A stretch of 64,000 nucleotides of DNA from Methanothrix sp. (GTDB lineage Archaea; Halobacteriota; Methanosarcinia; Methanotrichales; Methanotrichaceae). Made by a program: the position numbers and the translations under genes. The notes below the pieces were generated by a model that was not told where the DNA came from, searched no databases, and saw only the letters and a list, made by a program, of their open reading frames with translations. The stretch's first letter is position 1; each line of letters opens with the position of its first letter. The stretch spans positions 1,920,001 to 1,984,000 of the forward strand of contig OY821645.1 in NCBI GenBank assembly GCA_963682135.1, given 5' to 3'. Positions 48,086 to 58,821 of this stretch are shown here, one piece after another.

Positions 48086-48895
48086 TTATCGCCCTCTTTT
48101 GTAGGAATCGCATTGGTGATAATTCTTGCGACTTTGCGGGGCTTTCTTTGCGCCGCTTTTAATTTCCGCCAGGGTGCCAAGGTCGGTTCCGTCCAGCAGA
48201 TAGAGACGCGCGTTCTCCCAGTCTGCCATATTTAAGAGCGGCCCGCGCATCTCCTCGACCGGCTCGTTGAGGGGCAGTCCGCCGCAAAGATGGTTGAAGG
48301 CAGGGGCGATTATGATCTCGCTATCCCTGGCAAAACCGTAATGCTCTTGCATTGCGCGACTTAATAGCCGCGTCTTTGCCCAAACAGAGCGAGAAGAAGA
48401 GTGGCCCAGAGGGTCTTGGAGCCTTATTGCCGGATGCAGGTGCCCCGTCACCAGGCTTTTCGCGCGCACAACCTTCTCGTCCGGCCAGGTGTGACCGTGG
48501 AAATAGCCCACGCCGTCCAGCACAAAGCCGGAAGACGAACGCACCCGCGCCCCCAGAGGAACCATGTCTGCCAGGTTGCTGTCATGATTTCCCGGTACTA
48601 TCTCCACTGCGGCCCGATCGCAAAGCCGGCGCAGGAATTCGGGGATCTCCCGCTTCTCCTGCCAGCTCGTCCTGGGAACGTTATGTTTTATGTCTCCTAA
48701 AAGCAGGAGCCGGTCCGGTTTAATCTCCTCCAAAAAGCCCAATAGCATTGCCAGGATCTTCTCGGTCTGGCTGGGAATGGAAACGCCCCCCAGCCACAGT
48801 TCATGCTCCAGGCCCAGGTGAAGATCAGCCGCCACGAGGACGCGCTCATCTCCCTCCACCAGGAGAAGGGGCGCATCAAAGACGGGCGAGATCAA
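48086..48895 (-). CDS. Metallophosphoesterase (ICC-like); start near 48895
   Basis: ADLHLG, LGDIKH, PGNHD, HGH, GHLHP, PAFN motifs. Confidence 0.85.
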   Translation of the reverse strand: MISPVFDAPLLLVEGDERVLVAADLHLGLEHELWLGGVSIPSQTEKILAMLLGFLEEIKPDRLLLLGDIKHNVPRTSWQEKREIPEFLRRLCDRAAVEIVPGNHDSNLADMVPLGARVRSSSGFVLDGVGYFHGHTWPDEKVVRAKSLVTGHLHPAIRLQDPLGHSSSRSVWAKTRLLSRAMQEHYGFARDSEIIIAPAFNHLCGGLPLNEPVEEMRGPLLNMADWENARLYLLDGTDLGTLAEIKSGAKKAPQSRKNYHQCDSYKRGR

Positions 48896-49308
48896 TCGAG
48901 AAGCCTCAGGAGATCCGCTACCAGCTCTTGCAGGCCTCCGGCCACGGCCTGGCAGGAGCACTCGATCATAAGGTTAACCCGAGAATTGTCCGTCTCACCG
49001 GCACGGCGAAAGTCGGTTCTCAGTCCCAGTATTTTTTTTCCCTGCATGAAGAAGTAGCCGATCTCCCAGGCGGTGCCGTCGTCCACCTGAGAGCCGTCAA
49101 GCAATGCCACCATGACCTCGCATTCATTTAAGGCCTGCAAATTGGCCTGGAAGATTTGCTCGGCCGTTGCCCGGCAGGAGATGAGCTCATGGGGCCAGAG
49201 GATCTGGACGCCATCCAGTCTGTCCTCCAAGAACCTCTTGACACGCTCACCCCAGGCGATCTCGCCCCGCGAGAAGAGCGGACCGGAAAGGTAGATCTTG
49301 TGCCCCAT
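48892..49308 (-). CDS. Nucleoside 2-deoxyribosyltransferase family protein
   Basis: KIYLSGPLF, LDG..VDDGTAWEIGY, RTDFR, NLMI. Confidence 0.88.
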   Translation of the reverse strand: MGHKIYLSGPLFSRGEIAWGERVKRFLEDRLDGVQILWPHELISCRATAEQIFQANLQALNECEVMVALLDGSQVDDGTAWEIGYFFMQGKKILGLRTDFRRAGETDNSRVNLMIECSCQAVAGGLQELVADLLRLLD

Positions 49309-49344
49309 GTAGCCATTGTCACCTATGCCCTTGTCACCTTTTCA

Positions 49345-50847
49345 TCAGGCAGTCGCGGCTTGCGTCAGCCTGTTTTTCACAAATTCTCTCTCCAGGCTGG
49401 CCAGGAACCATCCTACCTTGGGGCCCTGCCGGTCGCCCAGGAATGCCAGATAGATGGCCTGGAAGAACTTCTTGGAGTCGAGTCCCTGTTCTTTGGCCAC
49501 GGCATAGACCAGTTCGTGAATCTCGGCTGCCGTCTTATCATCCAACTGCTCGGCCAGGATGCCCAGGCCCTTCCTCTCTTCGGGCGTGAGATTCTTAACG
49601 GCTGAGGGAAGCGTCTCTTGCACCTGGAACTTGACATAGGCGGGCGCATATTTGTCCAGCCACGTCTGCACATTTCTGGCCCGGCCCAGGATCTCCTCGC
49701 GTCTCGTGATGACATCGTAGCCGGATCTCTTCAGGGCCACGAAGAGACCATCCTCGTCGCCGCGAGCGATCTGCACTGCCGTTACCATGTGGCGGAAGGG
49801 AATCTCAAAGGGCCCGCTCTTGGTTGGATTGGATAGCTGTATGGCTCTCTCATCACCTTTTCTCTGGTCGTACTCATCCACCAGGGAGAGGAGCGGCAGT
49901 CCGGGGTCAAACTCGATATGCTTCTCGGGCTTGTTGCGGATGATCAGGTAGCGCAGGACCTCGGGTGGCACCACGTCCAGCATCTCCTGGATGGTGACCA
50001 CAATTCCCGTAGAGCTGTGCATGGCGCCCACGCCCTTGAGATGGATCCACTCATAGACCATGGGGAAGGGAGCCGGGTAGCCGTAGATCTCCTCGCTGAT
50101 GCGCTTACCAGTGTCGTAGGAGCCGCCGGATGTGGCGTGGTCCTTGCCGAAGGGCTCGACAGTAACCTTGAAAATTGGCCAGCGAGCCGGCCAGTCCACC
50201 CTCCAGACCAGCTTTCCTCCGCCGCTCATGGAGACGGTGCCCCGCGAGCCGCAGGAGCACTCGTAGTCCACCGTCTCAGCCTCCAGATCAAAGCCCGTAA
50301 CTTTGGTTGTGTTGGTGCGGCCGCAGGTGGGGCAGATGGCATCAAAGGGGCTCCAGCCCTCCGGGACATCGCGGCCCGAGACCTCTTTGAGAATGCGGGC
50401 GATGTCGTCCTTGCGCTGCAAGGCCGTCTTGATGGCCTCATTGTACTTGCCTTCCTTGTAGAGCACATCGGCGCGGTAGACCTGGGGCTTGATGCCCAGC
50501 CGCTCCATGCTCTTCAAAAAAGGTTGCAGAAAATGGTCGGCGTAGCTGGCGCAGCATCCCTTGGGGCAAGGGATCTCGGACAGGGGCTTTCCGATGTGTT
50601 CGGTGAAGCTCTCCGGCAGGAAGGGGTAGAGCCTGCGCAGGCGGTCGTAGGTGTCGGCGATGTAGATGAGCTTTGCCTCCACACCCCGGTCCAGGAGAGC
50701 GCGGTAGACGGCCTCTGCTGTCATGACCTCGCGCATATTTCCGATATGAACCGGCCCCGACGGGGTTATGCCCGTGGCAATGGTGTGCGGGCCGCTCTTC
50801 TCAAGCTTCTCGGCGATGACGTCAGCCCAATGAATAGACATAACCAT
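49345..50847 (-). CDS. lysS: Lysine--tRNA ligase (class I)
   Basis: HWAD, TGITPSGPVHIGN, WRVDWPARW, EPFGKDH, MHSSTG, GPKVG. Confidence 0.96.
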   Translation of the reverse strand: MVMSIHWADVIAEKLEKSGPHTIATGITPSGPVHIGNMREVMTAEAVYRALLDRGVEAKLIYIADTYDRLRRLYPFLPESFTEHIGKPLSEIPCPKGCCASYADHFLQPFLKSMERLGIKPQVYRADVLYKEGKYNEAIKTALQRKDDIARILKEVSGRDVPEGWSPFDAICPTCGRTNTTKVTGFDLEAETVDYECSCGSRGTVSMSGGGKLVWRVDWPARWPIFKVTVEPFGKDHATSGGSYDTGKRISEEIYGYPAPFPMVYEWIHLKGVGAMHSSTGIVVTIQEMLDVVPPEVLRYLIIRNKPEKHIEFDPGLPLLSLVDEYDQRKGDERAIQLSNPTKSGPFEIPFRHMVTAVQIARGDEDGLFVALKRSGYDVITRREEILGRARNVQTWLDKYAPAYVKFQVQETLPSAVKNLTPEERKGLGILAEQLDDKTAAEIHELVYAVAKEQGLDSKKFFQAIYLAFLGDRQGPKVGWFLASLEREFVKNRLTQAATA

Positions 50848-50948
50848 CAATCGCGTAGGGAAACAAATATTAATCTTCCGCCGTAATGGAGTCAAACCTC
50901 AAAGGGAAACAACAAAGTTAAAATATTTAGATTCAGATAGGTACCACT

Positions 50949-51386
50949 ATGGCCCGACCCGAGCTCGACGATTATTTCATGGAGATTGCAAAAGTAGTGG
51001 CTAGCAGGTCAACATGCTTGCGAAGAAAGGCTGGCGCAGTATTGGTCAAGGATAAGAGAATTCTATCAACAGGATACAACGGCGTGCCAAAAGGATTGCC
51101 ACATTGCGAGGATACAGGCTGCCCACGGGCTGAATATCCCAGCGGCACTCATCATGAACTTTGTCGAGCGGTGCACTCAGAACAGAATGCCATTGTCCAG
51201 GCGGCTATACATGGAGTCTGCATAGAAGGAGCGACTCTTTACTGCACTCATCAGCCTTGTACGCTATGCGCAAAAATGCTTATAAATGCTGGGATAAAGC
51301 GAGTGGTTTATCGCGAAGATTATCCCGATGACGGCTCCCTTAAATTTTTTAGGCAAGCGAGCATCGTTATTATCAAATTAGAATAA
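50949..51386 (+). CDS. dCMP deaminase family protein (intact copy)
   Basis: [33 protein letters not shown]. Confidence 0.92.
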   Translation: MARPELDDYFMEIAKVVASRSTCLRRKAGAVLVKDKRILSTGYNGVPKGLPHCEDTGCPRAEYPSGTHHELCRAVHSEQNAIVQAAIHGVCIEGATLYCTHQPCTLCAKMLINAGIKRVVYREDYPDDGSLKFFRQASIVIIKLE

Positions 51387-51450
51387 ATATTAAATCTGAT
51401 CCGTTTTTGACACTCAGGTGGGAAGAGATTAATGACAAATAGTTCCTTAA

Positions 51451-52014
51451 TTAAACAGCGGTAACTAATTCGCATTTATCAAGCAAATCTACCGCATTTT
51501 TTGCTTCATCACGGCTAATGTGCCACCCAAGCACTTTTGCCTCTTCCAGTATTTCTGAAATAGCCAATGATCGACCCTGGCGAATCAATATATTGTGCAT
51601 CTTTGCAGCTATGGAGAGGTTCTTATAGTCATGTTCTACTCCGATTTCTTTTAACTGAGATAGTATGCATACAAGTTTTTCAGTCAGGATGGGATTTTCC
51701 TTTTCGATTGCCTCCGCAATTTTACTACCTGTTTCTGTTAAAGAATAAATGTATTTTCTTGGCTCAAACGTCACACTAAAATCAAATGATACATATTCCC
51801 GAACTTCCTCTTTAATGATGCCACAAGACTTCAGGCTTGCCAATGAATCAGCAATTTCTCTGCTATATGGCCCGTAATAATATGGAGAAAACTCAATATC
51901 TAAGTTCACTTTTACATTTAAGAAGTATGCAGTCTTTTGCAGCAAAGTCCTTCCTGCAATCATTTGCTCTTCGCTGTGAGATAACATTATCAATATTAAA
52001 TCTTCAGCATTCAT
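51451..52014 (-). CDS. YwgA-like winged-helix protein
   Basis: GRTLLQKTAYFL, FSPYYYGPYS, YSLTETG; overlaps stop of HD gene; AT-rich. Confidence 0.7.
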   Translation of the reverse strand: MNAEDLILIMLSHSEEQMIAGRTLLQKTAYFLNVKVNLDIEFSPYYYGPYSREIADSLASLKSCGIIKEEVREYVSFDFSVTFEPRKYIYSLTETGSKIAEAIEKENPILTEKLVCILSQLKEIGVEHDYKNLSIAAKMHNILIRQGRSLAISEILEEAKVLGWHISRDEAKNAVDLLDKCELVTAV

Positions 52015-53347
52015 TTAACACATCACCGATTGCATTGAGTATTTCATCATGTTTCCTTAGTATAAAAGTCTGCCGTTCGCTTTGCACAGATATTTTATCT
52101 AATGGGGCGTATATATATAACAGTTGTCTTGTGGGATCTATCGATGGATTCTGGAAAATCTCTGAAACATCAGACAAAAATTTCTTTTGGCTTTTGGAGT
52201 TTTTAACCATTATTCCTTGCATATTTATATCAACACTATAGTTTTTAAATGTAGGATTACTGTTTGTTTGCTTATCTATAATTATAAAATCTTGAGGTAC
52301 ATCTATTATATGTGAAACTTCATAGGCTATATTAGATAATTGCTCATTTGAAGCTTTTAATACGTTCCTTAATAATATGCTGTCATTAAAATTTTCTTGG
52401 TTGATTTCAATTTTAAATATTTGTTTAAATAATTTTCGTTGAGATATGCGCTCTAAATATTCCTTTGCCAAATCTTCGCTTTCATGGATTATCAACTCTA
52501 TCAAGTGATAGTCCTTATATTTGACATATTTATTTAGGTAGTCTACACTATCCTTAAATTTTACCAAATCATTTACCTCTTTTATATTTTCATTAATTGC
52601 ATACTCTACACCTTTCACGAGCATGGCATCAGTAATACGTCGAATTCTATGCTTATATACCTGAATATTCATATGATATTTCGCGAGCAATAGCTGTTCT
52701 ATCGAGTGTATTCCATCTTCATTAATCCCTAACTCATTTTCCTTGCTGCTAATTTCTATTTTTATTAAGCTATCTATAATTTTATCTAAGTCGAATGATC
52801 CATATTTCACCCCCGCAAAATAGCTATCTCTTTGAAGATAGTCAAATTTATCTACATCCATCGGCCCAGATATTATATCTTTTACTACAGATCGTTCATT
52901 TTTTTGCAGGAGTGTGATTATTTGTTCTTGATCCTCTAAAGAAATTATGCCTCTAAGCTCATCATTTTCTTTTATTAAACGCATTGTAATTAATTCATGC
53001 ACACTTTCTGCTCTGTAAGCTTCCAAAACAGATCTATCAACATACTTGTCCATAATTTGCTCCAATACGTGAGAAAAGGGACCATGACCTATATCATGCA
53101 ATAGTCCTGTCAATCTAAGAATACGTATTTGACCTTCATTTATATCCAAAATTTTGCCCACCCTCCCACATAAATGCATAACGCCGATCGAGTGTTCAAA
53201 CCTCGTATGATGTGCTCCAGGATACACAAGAAACGCCAATGCTAGCTGCTTTATGCCTCTCAATCTCTGAAATACTTGGGAATTTATTATTTTTTCTTCC
53301 AAATCGCCATATTGAACTAAACCATACAATGGGTCCCTGATCTCCAT
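52004..53347 (-). CDS. HD-domain phosphohydrolase (YwfO/SAMHD1-like dNTP triphosphohydrolase family)
   Basis: IRDPLYG, FQRLRGIKQL, YPGAHHTRFEHSIG, LLHDIGHGPFSH, DVDKFDYLQRDS, VYKH; very AT-rich. Confidence 0.9.
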   Translation of the reverse strand: MEIRDPLYGLVQYGDLEEKIINSQVFQRLRGIKQLALAFLVYPGAHHTRFEHSIGVMHLCGRVGKILDINEGQIRILRLTGLLHDIGHGPFSHVLEQIMDKYVDRSVLEAYRAESVHELITMRLIKENDELRGIISLEDQEQIITLLQKNERSVVKDIISGPMDVDKFDYLQRDSYFAGVKYGSFDLDKIIDSLIKIEISSKENELGINEDGIHSIEQLLLAKYHMNIQVYKHRIRRITDAMLVKGVEYAINENIKEVNDLVKFKDSVDYLNKYVKYKDYHLIELIIHESEDLAKEYLERISQRKLFKQIFKIEINQENFNDSILLRNVLKASNEQLSNIAYEVSHIIDVPQDFIIIDKQTNSNPTFKNYSVDINMQGIMVKNSKSQKKFLSDVSEIFQNPSIDPTRQLLYIYAPLDKISVQSERQTFILRKHDEILNAIGDVLNEC

Positions 53348-53546
53348 TTGAATCCTCCCTGAAATAGTATTTATATTATTTATAAATGGACGAAGAAATG
53401 CATATCTTATTCATACATCTTTCGCATAAAGCATTTTTCGCTAATAGTGCAAAACTTAAATATATTCAGTGCATTTATTGTGCAGAACTCGATATGTAAA
53501 AGGTAATAATTAAATTGATATTGCATGATAATCGGAGCAGACTATA

Positions 53547-54155
53547 ATGAGACCCTCAGAAAAGCTTAAATTTGATGATAAATCCCATCCGGAAGGTGTT
53601 ATTGAAATTTACTCGAATCTAGTAACGTATGAGCAGCATTTTAATGAAATACAGAGCAGATATCGCAGTTTAGCATCCACATGGCTTTTGGCAACATTTG
53701 CGGGAATTGGCTTCATATTAAGTGAAAAATTGAATATGACAATTCCTATAGATCTTATAATTTCATTGATTGCAGTTGCTGGTGGTATTGGAATTTACCT
53801 TCTGTGGAACTTGGATCATATGGTCTATCATAGATTATTAGAATCGGCGTTCGTTGAATGCTTTAAATTAGAGAATAAATATAATATACTTCCTAAAGTG
53901 GCGCATAATATGAGAACAATGCAAGAAGATGGAATAGGAGTCCCGTCTCGAATTCTATTGTTCTATCTGGTACCACAATTTGTATTATATCTGACCGCGA
54001 TTTATTCATATCTTCGCTGGATTGGCCATCTTTATTATAATGTATATTCAATAATTTTTTTGTTGTTGGTAATATTAATTATTATTATCCTGAGAGATAT
54101 GTACACATCGACAAAAAAATCTATTATTTTAATCAATTCCCTCATTAATGAATAG
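53547..54155 (+). CDS. Hypothetical multi-pass membrane protein
   Basis: About 4 hydrophobic helices; AT-rich; divergent from HD gene. Confidence 0.65.
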   Translation: MRPSEKLKFDDKSHPEGVIEIYSNLVTYEQHFNEIQSRYRSLASTWLLATFAGIGFILSEKLNMTIPIDLIISLIAVAGGIGIYLLWNLDHMVYHRLLESAFVECFKLENKYNILPKVAHNMRTMQEDGIGVPSRILLFYLVPQFVLYLTAIYSYLRWIGHLYYNVYSIIFLLLVILIIIILRDMYTSTKKSIILINSLINE

Positions 54156-54218
54156 ATAAAATTAGAACTAAAAAATATAAATTATCAAAATGGACCTTAA
54201 AGATCGGGATAATCATAG

Positions 54219-54602
54219 ATATCTGTCTCCACCTGCCTGCGCAATCAGGTTGGTGCGCTCTTTGTCAAGAACAAACGCATTCTCAGCACCGGCTACAACG
54301 GCGCTCCTGCGGGCCTGGATCACTGCGACAACGTGGGCTGCGCACGGGATGGCGTGGCCTCCGGCACCCGCCACGAGCTGTGCCGGGCGGTGCACGCCGA
54401 GCAAAACGCCATCATCCAGGCGGCGCTGCACGGCATCAGCATCGAAGGGGCAACGCTTTACTGCACCCACCAGCCCTGCATCCTCTGCGCCAAGATGATG
54501 ATCAATGCCCGCATTGTCAAAGTCGTCTACCAGCAGAGCTATCCGGATGGCACAGCGCTGGACTTTTTGCAGCAGGCAGGAATAGAAGTAGTAAGGATTT
54601 AG
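54219..54602 (+). pseudogene. 5'-truncated second dCMP deaminase copy
   Basis: Frame opens after stop at 54216 without a start: [25 protein letters not shown]...HAEQNA..PCILC..VVRI*; GC-rich host-like codons. Confidence 0.85.
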
Positions 54603-54742
54603 AAATATTTTTTGCAAAATCAAAAAAAGTAGTGCTTTGTTTAGCGGCACAACGTCCATCTTCCGATGTCGTATTCAGATGCAGAGATTCTATACATCAA
54701 CTATATATTAGATAAGTTTATATTCATTGGATCGATCCTACA

Positions 54743-57193
54743 TTGATAAATAATTACAGCTATGGCGGGATCGTTGAGATGCTGAAGATTAACAATCATG
54801 CGGGCACCAAGAGGATTTTTTTATTGCTCATCTCAATGGTGCTATTGTTTTGGGCAGCCCAGGCAGCCACACATTATGTCGCTCCCACCGGCAGCAACGA
54901 AAACTCCGGCAGCATTGAAGAGCCCTGGGCCACCCCCGCCTATGGAGCTAGCCAGCTTCAGCCAGGAGATATGCTGATTATTCGAGAAGGAGACTACATT
55001 CTGCAGGATTATGGCGAAGATAGAATTCTTCCCCAATCGGGCAGCCCGGAGGCCTGGATTACCATCAAGGGAGAGGACGGATCGAGGCCCTCGCTCATCG
55101 GCACCAACAACCTTGCCAACGCTATCGATCTATCCGCAGTGCATTACGTAAAGATCGAGAACCTGGAGATTAAGAGCGACGGAACTAACCCATTTCGCGA
55201 TGCCATAGCCTGCTGGGATCCCGCTTCTAACATCATCCTCAGCAACCTCTACATCCACCAGGTAGATGAATTTGGAATCAATATCCAGGATATCGATGGA
55301 TTAAGGCTCCTGGACAGCAGCATCGAGTACTGCGGCTTTGGTTCCGTAGGAGGAGCAGCGGGAGTTGCTGGCGGCTGGAGGAATGTGCTCATAAAGAACT
55401 GCCGCCTCGCTTACAGCGGCCACTACTATCAGGGCACGCCCGGCCCCTCTCCCTACGACCGTCCGGATGGCTTTGGCATTGAGCCATCCGAGGGGCCTAT
55501 TGAGATTGCAGATACCACATCAACTCACAATCGCGGCGATGGTCTGGACTCCAAAGCGGATCGAACCTACATCCACCATTGCATTGTGAGCCACAATTCC
55601 TGCGACGGGATCAAGATTTGGGGCGATGAGACCGTCATCGAGAACTGTCTGGTATACGATACAGGCGACGGCGATACCAGCCCCACCCCCTGGTCGGGAC
55701 TGGTGGCGCACTCCACCGTTCCCAATGCCAGGTTTACGATAGCCAGCACCGTCGTGGTCGATAATCCCGAGAGACAGGGATACCCCATGCATGTCCAGTA
55801 CGATGACCGAGATGTGCCCATCCAGCTCGCCATGAAGAACTGTATAATCTCTCATGGAGAAGGCGCGCTCTGGATAGGACCATCTGTAATATTTACATTG
55901 GACAATAACCTGTTCTATCGACCGCAGTCGGATGCACCGGTAGTGGTCGGCAATCAAGGCTACACCTCCGCCCAAATAGAAGCCGGCGCCCTAGGACCAG
56001 GCAACCTTGCCCGCGATCCCCTGTTCGTTGATTATGGCTCTGCCGACCCCTCAGGCTACCAGCTTCAGGAGACAAGCCCTGCAGTAGATTCCGGAATAGC
56101 TCAAGGAGCACCAAAAGACGACCTTTTGCACAGACCTAGACCTGCAGGACTTGGCTACGACATGGGATGCTTCGAAAACCAGCCGTCGGGCTGGAGCTCT
56201 CTCGGGGGCTACATAACCAGCAGTCTGAGCGCAATTGTGGACAGCATGGGCCAAACAGAAATCTGGGTAAAAGGTGGAGATGATTCACTTTGGGTCAACA
56301 TAGACGGGTCCTGGTATGGAAAGGGAGGCTTCTTAACATCAGACCCCTTCGCAGTCAAGGATTACAACGGCAAGGTGCACGTCCTGGTTCGTGGAGGAGA
56401 CGGCAGTGTTTGGGACTTCATATATGATCCCGCACTGGACACGGGACACTGGAAATGTCTGGGCGGATATATCACGCAAATGCCTACTGCGGCACAAGAT
56501 CCAGTGAATCACGACATCATGAGGGTTGCAGTAATTGGTGGAGATAATGCCTTGTGGATTTGCGACCTTGACATAAATTCCGAGACCTACGTTTGGGCTT
56601 CTCTGGGGGGGAGGCTGACAGCGCGTCCGTACATCCTTTTTGATCCTTCCGGCAAAGAGCACATACTGGTTCGTGGAGGCGATAATGCATTGTGGGATAA
56701 GAAAGGAGTGTGGAGTGGATCATCGTATACAAGAACCTGGAGTTCATTGGGTGGCTACCTGGCCAATGCACCGATCGCCACAATACAACCGGGTGTAAAT
56801 AATCATATAGCAGTCTTTGTTAAGGGCGGTGACAATGCATTATGGATGTGCGATGTGCTCTCAGACAGCGGGCCAGGGATTGGCACCTGGTACGGACTTG
56901 GCGGAGTCATTAGCTCGGATCCGTTTGTTATTGCAGATCCATCTGTCGGCAAAATACATGCATTTGTGCGCGGCAGCGATTCGGCTTTATGGGAGAACAT
57001 ATTTACCACATCTCCCTGGAATCCTGGAGGAAATCAGTGGCAAGGCATTGGCGGATCGATATTAACTCACACACCAGGGGCATTTATCGCGAGCAACACC
57101 CTGGCATTTGTCATCGGAACCGATCATGCTCTGTGGCGAAATGCGCATACTACATTTTCCGCCAATTCAGATCTGTTAAAATTTGACACCTAA
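54743..57193 (+). CDS. Large secreted protein: right-handed beta-helix plus C-terminal lectin-like beta-propeller; likely ATG 54779
   Basis: HYVAPTGS..GS..PWAT, beta-helix repeats, SPAVDSG..YDMGCFE, then ~7 repeats WxxLGGxxxxxP..VxGGDxxLW. Confidence 0.8.
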   Translation: MINNYSYGGIVEMLKINNHAGTKRIFLLLISMVLLFWAAQAATHYVAPTGSNENSGSIEEPWATPAYGASQLQPGDMLIIREGDYILQDYGEDRILPQSGSPEAWITIKGEDGSRPSLIGTNNLANAIDLSAVHYVKIENLEIKSDGTNPFRDAIACWDPASNIILSNLYIHQVDEFGINIQDIDGLRLLDSSIEYCGFGSVGGAAGVAGGWRNVLIKNCRLAYSGHYYQGTPGPSPYDRPDGFGIEPSEGPIEIADTTSTHNRGDGLDSKADRTYIHHCIVSHNSCDGIKIWGDETVIENCLVYDTGDGDTSPTPWSGLVAHSTVPNARFTIASTVVVDNPERQGYPMHVQYDDRDVPIQLAMKNCIISHGEGALWIGPSVIFTLDNNLFYRPQSDAPVVVGNQGYTSAQIEAGALGPGNLARDPLFVDYGSADPSGYQLQETSPAVDSGIAQGAPKDDLLHRPRPAGLGYDMGCFENQPSGWSSLGGYITSSLSAIVDSMGQTEIWVKGGDDSLWVNIDGSWYGKGGFLTSDPFAVKDYNGKVHVLVRGGDGSVWDFIYDPALDTGHWKCLGGYITQMPTAAQDPVNHDIMRVAVIGGDNALWICDLDINSETYVWASLGGRLTARPYILFDPSGKEHILVRGGDNALWDKKGVWSGSSYTRTWSSLGGYLANAPIATIQPGVNNHIAVFVKGGDNALWMCDVLSDSGPGIGTWYGLGGVISSDPFVIADPSVGKIHAFVRGSDSALWENIFTTSPWNPGGNQWQGIGGSILTHTPGAFIASNTLAFVIGTDHALWRNAHTTFSANSDLLKFDT

Positions 57194-57219
57194 GTTGTAC
57201 TCAATCGTCTATATGATTC

Positions 57220-57522
57220 ATGATGACCTTAGAAGGATCTATGGTCTGGAAGGAAATAAGTGCAATATGGTTCATATCGATTGTGATCATGCTGGCGCTG
57301 CCTACTGTAGGCGCAACTAAAGCCACCATCTCGGAATTGAAGTCCACAATATCGTCATTCGATGATCCTCGCATGAATGCAGAGGATCTGGCCTTCTACC
57401 TGGTAACTCATGAATTCGATGCAAAACCCAAAGAAGGATATGTAGAGGTTGGCTTAGAGGGTCGAATGTGCAAGCTCACCCCCAACGGTCCGGCTCCTGG
57501 ACTCTGCACCATTACCATCTAA
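57220..57522 (+). CDS. Small secreted hypothetical protein
   Basis: Signal peptide; C-terminal CKLTPNGPAPGLC. Confidence 0.6.
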   Translation: MMTLEGSMVWKEISAIWFISIVIMLALPTVGATKATISELKSTISSFDDPRMNAEDLAFYLVTHEFDAKPKEGYVEVGLEGRMCKLTPNGPAPGLCTITI

Positions 57523-57673
57523 AGACGCGCCCGGCTTGCCCGGCAAGACCCCAGTGCTGCCTTCCAGGCCACTCCCTCCTCCTTTTGGCCAAACAAAGGG
57601 AAAAAGATTGGTCGGAATATACTATCCTCCAGGCAAAAAGCTAATAATACAGATTTAATAAAAAAGTAACTAT

Positions 57674-58519
57674 TTAAACTAGTGGCCGAGGCTGTTTTTC
57701 CTCAGGCAAGACCGGCAGCTGCATAGTGTTTATCAGAAGCGGCTGCTCTACATCCTTAGCCCTTTCCACCAGCAGTTCCTTGCCCCAACGAGTCAGGCCA
57801 AAGAGAGGCACGGCTGTTCCCACCTGCACCAGAGGCTTTACTTGCTCACGAATATGCTTGGAAGCGCAGCTGGTAACAATATCGGCTACCGCCAAGAGCC
57901 TGGATGCCTCATCAGGGCTTATGCCGGTAAGGTGAACGCCGATTATCATGATCTTTACCCCGGCCGCCTTCTCCAGCACGCGCAGCTTCTCCGCAGACGA
58001 GCCATCGGCCACCGTGACGGCAAATTTTTTGAATCCGGCAGCTACGGCATAGGTTGCACCTTCTATCTGGTCGATCTTGCCATCCTGGGCAGAGAGTACA
58101 TGCCCGCCTCGGGCCCGGATGCCTTCTATAACCTCCGGTATAGGATCGGTTATTAATAGTCCTGATAGGTAGCCGCCCATACCCTGAACGAGATCTGCAT
58201 TATCGGTTATCACGCTGCCCGCCCCATCGCAAACCGTAACCGCTGCGTCGATAATTCCTGCCTTCATGCCGGTCATCATGGACTCGGAAGCCCCAAAGCC
58301 CACAAAGGTATCCATCTGCAGCTTGCGTCGCGCCGAGAACATGCCGTGAGTTTTTATTCTAAACTCCATATTTGCCGCAGCAGATTCGGCAGTCACCTTT
58401 TTTATCCCTCTGATCTTCTCGAAGAGCGGACACCACTCAATCAAGGGCTCGCTGGCATTCTGCACCTTTTCGCCTTCCACTTTGACGCGAGATTTGCCCA
58501 ATAGTTCCATTATGTGCAT
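57674..58519 (-). CDS. Methanogenesis marker 8 protein (DUF2099)
   Basis: HIMELLGK, CPLF, FVGFGASE, VCDGAG, LVQGMGG, IDQ, VHLTG, SCAS. Confidence 0.9.
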   Translation of the reverse strand: MHIMELLGKSRVKVEGEKVQNASEPLIEWCPLFEKIRGIKKVTAESAAANMEFRIKTHGMFSARRKLQMDTFVGFGASESMMTGMKAGIIDAAVTVCDGAGSVITDNADLVQGMGGYLSGLLITDPIPEVIEGIRARGGHVLSAQDGKIDQIEGATYAVAAGFKKFAVTVADGSSAEKLRVLEKAAGVKIMIIGVHLTGISPDEASRLLAVADIVTSCASKHIREQVKPLVQVGTAVPLFGLTRWGKELLVERAKDVEQPLLINTMQLPVLPEEKQPRPLV

Positions 58520-58821
58520 TTAGTCCTCCGGGTAAAAGTAGACCCATCGCTTGGATTTTGCCTTTGTGTCTCCCCTTTTATCATCTTAGAAGCTGACGGA
58601 GCTGGCCGACCGAGTGCTCTGCTCTCTGCCAAGCACTATATTTGCTCGCGGGCTCAGTCTGCATGCCTGGGCCCCATGATTTGGCAAGACATCATGTCTT
58701 TGCGATTTTCGCTGGAAAGACTTCTGACAGGATATTCTGCAAATGTGATCTGATCAGACCATAGATCTCGACAGATTCCCGCTTTGCATCGCCTGCCGCT
58801 TTGTGATCAACTCGCGCCTCT

